IMG/VR virus record: IMGVR_UViG_3300045988_107369
Strand: one strand, 5' to 3'
DNA length: 39,456 bases
Origin: a virus
The stretch's first letter is position 1; the number at the start of each line of letters is the position of its first letter. Positions 1 to 7,258 of the stretch are shown one piece after another. A program made the translations under genes and the position numbers. The notes beneath the pieces are model-generated. The model was not told the origin of the DNA and did no database searches. It worked only from the letters and a program-made list of their open reading frames with translations.

Positions 1-50
1 TGCGGATGGGGGGACTTGAACCCCCACGTCCTTGCGAACACTAGCACCTG
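1..50. repeat. attL core: left copy of the 50-bp direct repeat, a truncated 3' remnant of tRNA-Leu (minus strand)
   Basis: Identical to 39407..39456. The reverse complement reads anticodon loop, long variable arm, T-arm GGGGGTTCAAGTCCCCC and acceptor ATCCGCA. Positions 57..100 contain no D-arm or 5' acceptor sequence. Confidence 0.9.
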
Positions 51-217
51 AAGCTTATATAGTTGTTTTGAAATCTGTAAACCTTGGTGTGTGGTTTTGA
101 CGCATAAAAGTGATGGTTTATCTGCGTTTTGCACGTAATTTGAGATGAAATGCAGAAAATAGTTCGGAGTGCTGAGGATGGGAAATCTGCGATTTCTTTC
201 AATCCGTTACACCTTGG

Positions 218-236
218 TGTCGTCAATTTGTCGTCA
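218..236 (+). promoter_or_regulatory. Two direct copies of TGTCGTCA spaced 11 bp apart; candidate integrase arm-type binding sites (attL arm)
   Basis: TGTCGTCA at 218..225 and 229..236. The same octamer recurs three times in the same orientation in the attR arm (39301, 39320, 39331). Confidence 0.5.
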
Positions 237-1352
237 GGAAGATTCGGCGGTTTTTGCTTGATTTTCGCCTGTCGGATTGATCGAAGTCAGCACGTTGCGC
301 AGCGTGTCGATTTCGTTGTGAACGTAGATTTCAGCGGTGACGTTGATGTCCTTATGACCAAGTAATTTTTGGATGGTGTAGATGTCTGCACCATGCCGCC
401 GGAGATAAGTACCATAGGTGTGCCGCAGTTCGTGTGCTGTCACAACCGGCACTTCGTTATGCTCATTGTGCAGCTTTCGCATAAGGCGTTTGAGCTTCTG
501 CGACCATGTGTTCGGGCAATAGGGCTTGCCGTCCTCGTTCGGAAACAGATACAGAGATTCCTTCGGCAGCGAGCGGATCAGCTGGACAGCCTCCTCGCTC
601 AACGGCAGGGTACGGTAGCTTTTCCACTTTGGCGGATTGGCAACGACCGTCCCGTTCCGCACGATCATAGAGCGCTGCACGCGGAGTGTCTTTTCGTTCA
701 AATCAATATCCGACCACATAAGGCCAACCAGTTCACCACGGCGCAGGCCGGTTTCCAGCAGGAGCACGACCTCGGGCATACGATCTGCGGTATAGGCTTT
801 GACCGTTTCTATCTGCTCATCACTGAGAACGTGCTTGATATGCTGCTGGGCGGTGCTGCGGTAGGTGCAATGCTTGGCAGGATTCTTATAGCAGAGGTCG
901 TTCTCTATCGCACATTCAAAGATTGCGTTGAGAATTGACCGCATTTTCTTTAATCGACTTTCCGAGCACGCTGTCTTAGTGGCGAAATACGCCTGTATGT
1001 CTACCGGACGAATATCGGATAGGAGGGCATTTCCAAAGTAGGGGATTAGGTGGCCCTCGACGAGGCTGACATAGGTCAGCTTGTATGTATCTTCCTCAAC
1101 AAACGGCTGCTTATAGGACAGCAGCCATTTCCGCGCCCAGGGAGCAAAGCGGCCGGTGGAGGGCACAAAGGCCTCTCCGGTACGCGCCGACACCTCGGAG
1201 GCTACGCGGTATTCCTCGGCTTTCTTCTTCGCATCGGACAGACTCACGGTGCTGTAAAAGGATTTGCGCAGCGGCTTGCCGTGGATATTGCGGCTGATGG
1301 TGATCTTGTACTCGAACCGTTTGTCCTTGCGTGTTGGCTTTTTTCTTGGCAT
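234..1352 (-). CDS. int: Tyrosine recombinase / phage integrase
   Basis: 372 aa. C-terminal catalytic region contains LRRGEL, HELRHTYGTYL and LLGHKDINVTAEIYVH (R..HxxR..H..Y pattern). Adjacent to the att repeat. Confidence 0.95.
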   Translation of the reverse strand: MPRKKPTRKDKRFEYKITISRNIHGKPLRKSFYSTVSLSDAKKKAEEYRVASEVSARTGEAFVPSTGRFAPWARKWLLSYKQPFVEEDTYKLTYVSLVEGHLIPYFGNALLSDIRPVDIQAYFATKTACSESRLKKMRSILNAIFECAIENDLCYKNPAKHCTYRSTAQQHIKHVLSDEQIETVKAYTADRMPEVVLLLETGLRRGELVGLMWSDIDLNEKTLRVQRSMIVRNGTVVANPPKWKSYRTLPLSEEAVQLIRSLPKESLYLFPNEDGKPYCPNTWSQKLKRLMRKLHNEHNEVPVVTAHELRHTYGTYLRRHGADIYTIQKLLGHKDINVTAEIYVHNEIDTLRNVLTSINPTGENQAKTAESS

Positions 1353-1396
1353 AACAATAAAACCCCTTTCTTATCGCATGAAGGTGTGATAAAATA

Positions 1397-1432
1397 GAGG
1401 TACTGATGGATGTGGTAATTTGTCAGTACCTC
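1397..1432 (-). terminator. Perfect 10-bp inverted repeat (GAGGTACTGA/TCAGTACCTC); possible minus-strand terminator or insulator upstream of int
   Basis: 10-bp stem with 16-nt loop, followed on the minus strand by TATTTTAT. Confidence 0.35.
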
Positions 1433-1435
1433 ATG

Positions 1436-1475
1436 TCCCGCTCTGGTGTTGGTAGCACCGGAGCGGGATTTTTTT
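1436..1475 (+). terminator. Strong intrinsic terminator on the plus strand
   Basis: 13-bp stem TCCCGCTCTGGTG/CACCGGAGCGGGA (one G-U pair), 7-nt loop, then TTTTTTT. Confidence 0.6.
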
Positions 1476-1805
1476 ATAAAATTTAAAAAGTTTTTTGACA
1501 CTTTTATATACCCAAAAAGCAATGGTAAAATGTGGCGTCGTGGCTTAGGAGGCTCGATTACGCACGATCCTATTTTTGGAAGTATATTAAAAAGTTTGAA
1601 CAATGTGAAATTGGAAAAGTTAGTCGGTCATATTGCCAATTTACAAATATGAAAAAATGAATTACTATTATTTGCATAAAAGGCGAACATGCGTTCTTGG
1701 AACACATTATAGAGAAAGGCAGGAAACTGTATGGCAGATAATCTACGGCGGGTCGCCCAATGCATTGCTCGCTGCCGTAATAAGGAAAAAGTGAAAGTAG
1801 CGCTT

Positions 1806-2201
1806 TCATTCTTTCTCGAACCATGCGTCCAACAATCCAATCCAGTGGATCAGGAAATCGGCATCGCGGTTGCTGATGTCCTCGCCGTTGCGGATATAAC
1901 CGCGCTCAACGAGTAAATCGGTGAGCCATTTTTCAATCTCCTCTACTTCAGCTGCGGCTGGAGCAGGGGAGTTTTCTTTTTTGAAAAACTCGTTAAATCC
2001 ATCAACGCGCCCTAACAAATAGTCCACTGTACACCCAGTTATGTTAGATACAGCGATGAGTATTTCTGAATCTGGCTTGTGATTTCCTTTTTCGTAACCG
2101 TTTAATGTGCTGGCTGCAATCCCGAGTTTTTCAGCCAGTGCCTTTTGAGTCATGCCGATATTTTTGCGAGCATCGGCTATTCGTGTACTCATATCATTCA
2201 C
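1806..2201 (-). CDS. XRE-family HTH repressor (CI-like)
   Basis: 131 aa. N-terminal HTH is IGMTQKALAEKLGIAASTLNGYEKGNHKPDSEILIAVSNITGCTVDYLLG. Divergent from a Cro-like gene. SD GAGGTG precedes the ATG. Confidence 0.9.
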   Translation of the reverse strand: MNDMSTRIADARKNIGMTQKALAEKLGIAASTLNGYEKGNHKPDSEILIAVSNITGCTVDYLLGRVDGFNEFFKKENSPAPAAAEVEEIEKWLTDLLVERGYIRNGEDISNRDADFLIHWIGLLDAWFEKE

Positions 2202-2218
2202 CTCGTTCTGTTGTTTTT

Positions 2219-2247
2219 ATAGTAAACCATAGGAGAACGCAAGTCAA
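2219..2247 (-). promoter_or_regulatory. Sigma70-type promoter for the repressor gene
   Basis: The minus strand reads TTGACT, a 17-nt spacer, then TACTAT, just upstream of the repressor SD and ATG. Confidence 0.55.
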
Positions 2248-2262
2248 TACCAAAAATTCTAT

Positions 2263-2339
2263 ATTCTCGAATTTTCGTTCCCCAAAAAGGTTGACAAATT
2301 CGAGTAATTAGAATATTATATAGTTAGAGATTCGAGAAT
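2263..2339. promoter_or_regulatory. Three operator-like palindromes ATTCnnGAAT in the divergent switch region
   Basis: ATTCTCGAAT at 2263..2272 and ATTCGAGAAT at 2330..2339. An imperfect copy ATTCGAGTAAT at 2298..2308 lies between the -35 and -10 of the rightward promoter. Confidence 0.6.
2291..2319 (+). promoter_or_regulatory. Near-consensus sigma70 early rightward promoter
   Basis: TTGACA (2291..2296), exactly 17 nt of spacer, TATTAT (2314..2319). Confidence 0.7.
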
Positions 2340-2354
2340 CTCAAATTATAGGAG

Positions 2355-2564
2355 GTGAATACAGTGAGAATGAATATCGAAGCCGAACGCGCTAGACTGG
2401 GTTTGAGCAAAGAAGAACTTTCGAGAAAATTGGGAATCAGCTCCAAGACGTATAGTAAGTACGTTGGAGGTTCTCCAATTTCTTCGGACATTCTTGTTAA
2501 AATGGCGGATTTGTTTGACTGCTCCATCGATTATTTGCTCGGGCGCAACGAAGTAACCGCATAA
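2355..2564 (+). CDS. XRE-family HTH regulator (Cro-like)
   Basis: HTH is LGLSKEELSRKLGISSKTYSKYVGGSPISSDILVKMADLFDCSIDYLLG. SD AGGAGG at 2350..2355 favours a start at GTG 2364 or ATG 2370 rather than 2355. Confidence 0.88.
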   Translation: MNTVRMNIEAERARLGLSKEELSRKLGISSKTYSKYVGGSPISSDILVKMADLFDCSIDYLLGRNEVTA

Positions 2565-2586
2565 ACGAAGAAGGAAGTGAGCACCA

Positions 2587-2682
2587 ATGTTTTGGAATTG
2601 GTTAAAGAAAAACCACCCCGTTATCAACGAAGCGGTATGGTGGCTAGTCATTCTGATGTGCGTCGCTGTATTACTTAATTAA
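2587..2682 (+). CDS. Possible 31-aa membrane peptide (not in the ORF track)
   Basis: ATG 2587 is preceded by GAAGGAAG. The product MFWNWLKKNHPVINEAVWWLVILMCVAVLLN has a hydrophobic C-terminus. Its end overlaps the converging gene by 12 nt. Confidence 0.3.
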   Translation: MFWNWLKKNHPVINEAVWWLVILMCVAVLLN

Positions 2683-3015
2683 GAAAAAAGATTTGATGAA
2701 TGCTGCTAATGCGATGATAAGGGTTGCCCAAGCACGAAATTCCTTGAATTTAATAGTGTGACGGGCCTTGGTTTCATCTTCCAAAGCAGCACGCCCCTCG
2801 AAGGTGATATAAAAGGGCATATCAGGGGTTAATGCCCTTTGATCTTCTGATTCTGGGTAATTTGGATCAGTATGATCACCGTCGATAAATCCTTTTTCCC
2901 ATAGGGAACACAACACATCCATTGTGTTGGTGTTCATAACGGCGTCAAGCTGCAAAAGCGACATTCTGGATCGCACAGAAAACGCTTTGAGCGTATTAAA
3001 TGATAAGTTGTCCAT
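2671..3015 (-). CDS. Hypothetical protein with a winged-helix-like N-terminus and a C-terminal TM anchor
   Basis: Start assigned to internal ATG 3015 because AGGAGG (reverse complement of 3023..3028) precedes it. 114 aa. C-terminal WATLIIALAAFIKSFFLI is hydrophobic. Oriented like int and the repressor. Confidence 0.65.
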   Translation of the reverse strand: MDNLSFNTLKAFSVRSRMSLLQLDAVMNTNTMDVLCSLWEKGFIDGDHTDPNYPESEDQRALTPDMPFYITFEGRAALEDETKARHTIKFKEFRAWATLIIALAAFIKSFFLIK

Positions 3016-3020
3016 CAGTA

Positions 3021-3092
3021 TTCCTCCTTTCAGTTCCCAGTATATCACACTGACCGAGGAGAGGCAACGACGACACACAGGAAAGCGAGGTG
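3021..3092. repeat. Copy A of the duplicated bidirectional intergenic cassette
   Basis: Aligns with 3773..3838 at roughly 75% identity by eye. Shares the leftward SD TTCCTCCT, the extended -10, and an 18-nt perfect block ACACAGGAAAGCGAGGTG (3075..3092 = 3821..3838). Confidence 0.8.
3039..3047 (-). promoter_or_regulatory. Extended -10 promoter element (TGATATACT) for gene 2671..3015
   Basis: The minus strand reads TG-A-TATACT about 10 nt upstream of the SD. Conserved in copy B. Confidence 0.5.
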
Positions 3093-3097
3093 AGAAC

Positions 3098-3379
3098 ATG
3101 ACCGAAACCGAAAAGTTGAAACAGGAAAACGAAACCCTGCTGCTGTGCCTCGAACTTACGTTTGCAGTCGTGGAGCTTTGGGCAAAGCAGCAGGGGTTCA
3201 TCCAGTCAACGTCGGGAGACGTACTCGAAAAGGAACTTGCCGATCGGAAGAACGAGGTCAGAACTCTTTTTTACAAGCTTGTAAAAACGAGCGAGCCGGG
3301 ATTTCTCGACGGGCTTCTCGGAGCGTTGAATATCCCGGAGGATGTCAAGCATCTCGTTAAGCTCCGCTTGATCGGCTGA
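3098..3379 (+). CDS. Hypothetical 93-aa protein (uncertain)
   Basis: ATG lies 5 nt after the conserved GAGGTG of the repeat block. The product MTETEKLKQENETLL... looks protein-like. It overlaps the 3' end of minus-strand gene 3206..3766 by 174 nt, so one of the two may be a shadow ORF. Confidence 0.35.
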   Translation: MTETEKLKQENETLLLCLELTFAVVELWAKQQGFIQSTSGDVLEKELADRKNEVRTLFYKLVKTSEPGFLDGLLGALNIPEDVKHLVKLRLIG

Positions 3380-3766
3380 TGGCTGGCGAGAGATAACCTC
3401 TTGGATCTCATCAAGAGCAGCCGAACTGTTGTAGTTCATCGAGCCAACAGTATTGTTGTTGCCGATCGTCGCGTTGTTGATCGTCGCGCCGCTGAAATTA
3501 AAGTTGGCCGATGGCTGTTCTGTGACAGCAACAAAACCGTTGCGTACATATGTCTCGCCTTTTTCAGTAAGAGCAAGACAGTAACCACCTAATATAGGCA
3601 TAACAGTCCTTGCATAGCCTCGGTCAGTGATTGTCTGTACTGCGGTTCTGAGAGCAGCAGTGTCTGGAATTTGTTCACACTTGTCCGCACTGATCTGGAA
3701 AGGGCCTGCGTGGTTCTGCTCATGGTCGTAGATGAGCTTCAACAGTATGTTACAAACAGTATTCAT
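3206..3766 (-). CDS. Hypothetical protein: winged-helix-like N-terminus, Asn/Gly-rich linker, helical C-terminus
   Basis: Start at ATG 3766 is preceded by AGGAGG. 186 aa. Contains LALTEKGETYVRNG (MarR-like wing), NFNFSGATINNATIGNNNTVGSMNYNSS, then amphipathic helices. Confidence 0.65.
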   Translation of the reverse strand: MNTVCNILLKLIYDHEQNHAGPFQISADKCEQIPDTAALRTAVQTITDRGYARTVMPILGGYCLALTEKGETYVRNGFVAVTEQPSANFNFSGATINNATIGNNNTVGSMNYNSSAALDEIQEVISRQPSADQAELNEMLDILRDIQRSEKPVEKSRLARFYKLVKKSSDLVLPIGKFLFEYVSRR

Positions 3767-3772
3767 TCTAAT

Positions 3773-3838
3773 TTCCTCCTTTTCTTCCAGTATAGCACGC
3801 TGGACAGGGAGGAGCAACATACACAGGAAAGCGAGGTG
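3773..3838. repeat. Copy B of the duplicated bidirectional intergenic cassette
   Basis: See copy A. Contains TGCTATACT (minus strand, 3789..3797) and the 18-nt perfect block 3821..3838. Confidence 0.8.
3789..3797 (-). promoter_or_regulatory. Extended -10 promoter element (TGCTATACT) for gene 3206..3766
   Basis: The minus strand reads TG-C-TATACT at the same position relative to the SD as in copy A. Confidence 0.5.
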
Positions 3839-3844
3839 GTTGCA

Positions 3845-4018
3845 ATGAACTATATTTCATCCGAAGTCGCCGGTTGGGCGCTGCTCATTCTGGGACAGGT
3901 GTACCTGCTCAAATACAAGCTGTTCCGTGAACGGCTTGACAAAATTGGTGCAGCGCTTACGACCTCAATGGCCGGCTTGCTCTTTGCGGCTCGGCTGGCC
4001 ACATACCTTATTGCATAA
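3845..4018 (+). CDS. Small membrane protein (57 aa, two hydrophobic helices)
   Basis: ATG lies 6 nt after the conserved GAGGTG. The product contains VAGWALLILGQVYLL and SMAGLLFAARLATYLIA. Confidence 0.5.
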   Translation: MNYISSEVAGWALLILGQVYLLKYKLFRERLDKIGAALTTSMAGLLFAARLATYLIA

Positions 4019-4036
4019 ACAGGGAGGTGACCACTT

Positions 4037-4306
4037 ATGACCGTACCTACGACAATCACTAGCAAGCTGGCAGAGCTGGAACAGCTTTGCGAGAAGTACC
4101 CCAGGAAAATCCCGATTGAGGAGTGTGCCGCGTTCCTCGGTATGGCGCCTGCAAGCCTGCGGGCGAGCGTAGAGCATGGCAACTGTCCGTTCGGCTTAGG
4201 GTGGCTCAAGAAAAATTCGATGAACCGGGCATTTTTTGTACCGACATTAACATTTTACCTGTGGGTAACGCAGGGAAGTGGATTTCGAGAGGAGATGAGA
4301 ACGTGA
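4037..4306 (+). CDS. Putative small HTH DNA-binding protein (excisionase-like or regulatory)
   Basis: SD GGGAGGTG. The product contains IPIEECAAFLGMAPASLRASVEHGNCPFG, which resembles Xis/AlpA-type HTH. Function inferred. Confidence 0.45.
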   Translation: MTVPTTITSKLAELEQLCEKYPRKIPIEECAAFLGMAPASLRASVEHGNCPFGLGWLKKNSMNRAFFVPTLTFYLWVTQGSGFREEMRT

Positions 4307-4482
4307 AACGCATCAATGAAGCAATCGTCGGCCTGTCATTCCTCGGTCTGCTGTCTGCCAGCGGCTACGCTGAAATGGACAAGCTGCCGATGGGCGGTTA
4401 CACAGTTCTGGCGGCACTGCTGTTGGGCGTTATGCTTATCAGCGTACGCAGCGCTGTCAAGCACTACTATGAGGGCGACTGA
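4303..4482 (+). CDS. Small membrane protein (59 aa)
   Basis: GTG start overlaps the upstream stop (GTGA) and is preceded by GGAGA. Two hydrophobic segments. Confidence 0.5.
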   Translation: MKRINEAIVGLSFLGLLSASGYAEMDKLPMGGYTVLAALLLGVMLISVRSAVKHYYEGD

Positions 4483-4701
4483 ATGTGGACGAAGAAGAAA
4501 GAATCCGATATTCTGTCGCAGATGGCATCGGACGCTCGTGTGTCAGATGCAGCAAAATGCGAAATCAAGCCGGTTTTGCAGCCGCAAGCACGCAAAATCG
4601 GTGTGAAACAGAAAAACGCCGCTGAGGAACGGCAATTCCAACAGCGGCAAAGTAAAACATTACACTTACATAATACCCGCAAGGAGGCGGGAAGTCAATG
4701 A
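4483..4701 (+). CDS. Hypothetical basic protein (72 aa)
   Basis: ATG directly abuts the upstream stop, and its stop overlaps the next ATG (ATGA). No recognisable motif. Confidence 0.4.
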   Translation: MWTKKKESDILSQMASDARVSDAAKCEIKPVLQPQARKIGVKQKNAAEERQFQQRQSKTLHLHNTRKEAGSQ

Positions 4702-6611
4702 AAATTGAACTGAAATCTTTGGACTTGGTGCACTTCAAGTGTTTTCCCAAGCTGCACCTCGACTTTCACGAGGGCGTGAACAGCCTGTTCGGTGCCAATG
4801 CCGCAGGCAAAACCAGCGTTTATGATGCGCTGACGTGGCTGCTTTTCGACAAGGACAGCGCAGGCCACAGCCGCCCGGCCGTCAAGCCGACTGGTGCACC
4901 GGCAGGCGCGATGCCCGAGGTGACCGCCATTCTAGAGGTGGACGGTGAGCCGATCAAGCTCCGCAAGGTGCTCCGCGAGAAGTGGGAGAAGCCGCGCGGT
5001 TCGTCCATCGAGCGCTACGCCGGTGACACCCGTGACTATTACATCGACGATGTGCCGCTTACCGAAAACGCATACAAGCGCCGCATTGCAGAGCTGATCG
5101 ACGAGAGACAGTTTAAGTTGCTCACCGATGTCTGGGCGGTAACGAAAGGAATGCACTGGAAAGACCGCCGCACGCTGCTCGCTGAGATCTGCGGTCTGCC
5201 GGAGGACAAGCAGCTGCTTGCGACTGCACCGCAGTTTGCTGAGCTGACCGAGAAAGTCGGCCGCCGGACAGTGGATGAATACAGGTCCGTGCTGATGAAG
5301 CAGCGCAAGGACATGAACGCAAACCTCAACACCTTGCCGGTTCGCGTGGACGAGTGCAGCCGCATGGTGACGGAGCTCGAAAGCCTTGATTTCGCGGCGG
5401 CGCACAGCGAAAGCGACCGTTTGCAGGCCGAGCGCGAGCGGGTGCAGGGCGAGCTGGTGAAGCTCACGAACAACACCCTTGCCGCACAGGCACGCAACGA
5501 GCTGGGCGCACTGCAAAATCAGCTCCGTGAGCTGGAAACCGAAAACAACGCCCATCTTGCCAGCCAGCGCGTGCCGGTCGAGGACAAGACCGACGAGCTG
5601 CGCCGTGCGCTTTCCGAACGCAAGCAGGACGTTGATCGCTTGCAGAGAACCATTGACCATGAAAAGCGGTACATCGCGGACGGCGAAACCCGCCTGAACG
5701 ATTACCGCGCCCGCTGGCGTGCAATTGACGCAGAGGAGTTCACGGAAACCGTCTGCCCGACCTGCCACCAGTCGTTACCGGCAGAGCAGGTTGCCGAGGC
5801 GCGCGAAGCCTTTGCCGCCTATCAGCAGCAGCGCAAGGACGAGCTCCTTGAGGACAGCAAGCTGGTCAAGCAGGGCATTGCAGCCGCACAGGAACGCCTT
5901 GCGAATGCGGAAACGGCGCTGAAATCCGCACAGGACGAGGTGCAGAAAGCGCAGATTGCCCTTGACGGATATACGCCGCCGGTCATCATCGAGCCGGAAA
6001 ACCTGCCGGACTACGACCGCCGCAAGAGTGTCATCCAGACGCTCGCCGCAGACGCGGAAAAGCGGCTTGGCCGATTGAACAGTGACACCGCAGTGGAAAA
6101 GAGCCGTCTGGAAACCGAGCACGCCGAGCTGACGCGCCGCAAGCTGGAAAGCGATGCCGTTCTTGCCAAGGAGCAGACGCTCGCTGATACGCGCCGCCGC
6201 ATTGCCGAATTGCAGGCCGAACAGCGCACGGCCGCCGCCGAGGTCGAGCAGATGGACAGGCTCATTGCCATGTGCGAGGAGTTCACGCGCTACCGCGTGC
6301 AGGCTATCACCGAGAGTGTCAACAGCAAGTTCCGTCTGACACGCTGGCGGCTGTTCACTGAGCAGGTCAACGGCGGTCTGGCAGACTGCTGTGAGCCGAT
6401 GGATATGAACGGCTCGACGTTCGAGGGCACGAACAACGCCATGCAAATCAACATCGGCATGGACATTATTGACACGCTTTCCGCACATTTCGGCCGCCGT
6501 GTACCGCTTTTCGTGGACAACGCCGAGAGTGTTACACATTTGCAGCCTATCGGCTCGCAGGTCGTGCGGCTGGTGGTTTCGGAGCAGGATAAGGAGTTGA
6601 GGATCGAATGA
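4698..6611 (+). CDS. Rad50/SbcC-like AAA ATPase (recombination/repair)
   Basis: Walker A is GANAAGKTS. A very long Q/E/R/L-rich coiled coil carries a central CPTCHQ (CxxC zinc-hook-like) motif. C-terminal PLFVDNAE is Walker B-like. Confidence 0.85.
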   Translation: MKIELKSLDLVHFKCFPKLHLDFHEGVNSLFGANAAGKTSVYDALTWLLFDKDSAGHSRPAVKPTGAPAGAMPEVTAILEVDGEPIKLRKVLREKWEKPRGSSIERYAGDTRDYYIDDVPLTENAYKRRIAELIDERQFKLLTDVWAVTKGMHWKDRRTLLAEICGLPEDKQLLATAPQFAELTEKVGRRTVDEYRSVLMKQRKDMNANLNTLPVRVDECSRMVTELESLDFAAAHSESDRLQAERERVQGELVKLTNNTLAAQARNELGALQNQLRELETENNAHLASQRVPVEDKTDELRRALSERKQDVDRLQRTIDHEKRYIADGETRLNDYRARWRAIDAEEFTETVCPTCHQSLPAEQVAEAREAFAAYQQQRKDELLEDSKLVKQGIAAAQERLANAETALKSAQDEVQKAQIALDGYTPPVIIEPENLPDYDRRKSVIQTLAADAEKRLGRLNSDTAVEKSRLETEHAELTRRKLESDAVLAKEQTLADTRRRIAELQAEQRTAAAEVEQMDRLIAMCEEFTRYRVQAITESVNSKFRLTRWRLFTEQVNGGLADCCEPMDMNGSTFEGTNNAMQINIGMDIIDTLSAHFGRRVPLFVDNAESVTHLQPIGSQVVRLVVSEQDKELRIE

Positions 6612-7258
6612 GCCTGAAAGCAAAACGCAAGGTCGTGAGCAGCATTCCGCCGATGGACGGCGGCACCTACATGGGTGTTTGCGTTGCGGTCGTTGACCTC
6701 GGTCAGCAGTACAAGCAGTTCGAGAAGCAGAAGCAGGGCAAGTACGCCGAGGAATGTATGTTCATCTTTGAGATACCGGATGAGCGTGTCGAGGTGGACG
6801 GCGAGGACAAGCCGCGCTGGCTGTCGTCCCGCCGGTTTACGGTGTCGCTGCATGAGCGTGCGGCGCTGTTCCAGATGCTGACCGCATGGCGCGGCAAGGC
6901 GCTGACCGATGCAGAATTGGATCCGGCCGGTGATGGCTTTGATCTGATGCAGATGGCAGGCGTACCGGCCATGCTGAGCGTGACCGTCGTTGAAAAGGAT
7001 GACGGTAGCAAGTACAACCGCATCGAGGCGGTCACCGGTTTCCCTAAAGGCCTTCCCGCACCGAAGCCGGAGAGCGAAATCCTCGTATTTGATGCGGATG
7101 AGCCGGACATGGAAGTGTTCGGCAAACTGCCCGAGTGGGTGCAGGACATCATCCGCAAGTCTACGCAGTTCGCGGACAACGCACCCGAGGAAAAGGTCGA
7201 TATTCCGCCCGAAGAACCGGAAACGCCGCCTGACAGCAAAGGAGCGTGCCCGATTTGA
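6608..7258 (+). CDS. DUF669-like phage protein (putative ssDNA-binding or recombination accessory)
   Basis: 216 aa. The IPPMDGGTYMGVCVAVVDLG N-terminus and acidic C-terminal tail resemble DUF669 proteins found beside phage ATPases. Assigned from memory of the family. Confidence 0.5.
   Translation: MSLKAKRKVVSSIPPMDGGTYMGVCVAVVDLGQQYKQFEKQKQGKYAEECMFIFEIPDERVEVDGEDKPRWLSSRRFTVSLHERAALFQMLTAWRGKALTDAELDPAGDGFDLMQMAGVPAMLSVTVVEKDDGSKYNRIEAVTGFPKGLPAPKPESEILVFDADEPDMEVFGKLPEWVQDIIRKSTQFADNAPEEKVDIPPEEPETPPDSKGACPI

Noticed and set aside
41-365. Short ORFs (61 and 71 aa) in the attL arm
   Set aside because: They overlap the att core, the arm sites and the 3' end of int. They have no SD and implausible composition.
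1446-1840. Several 60-84-aa ORFs in the AT-rich int-repressor spacer
   Set aside because: They have no ribosome-binding sites, they overlap hairpins or the repressor gene, and their Phe/Ile/Lys-rich translations reflect AT-rich non-coding DNA.
4932-6623. 278-aa and 282-aa minus-strand ORFs opposite the Rad50-like ATPase
   Set aside because: These are shadow ORFs. The plus strand has a Walker A motif, a coiled coil with a CxxC hook and a Walker B motif.
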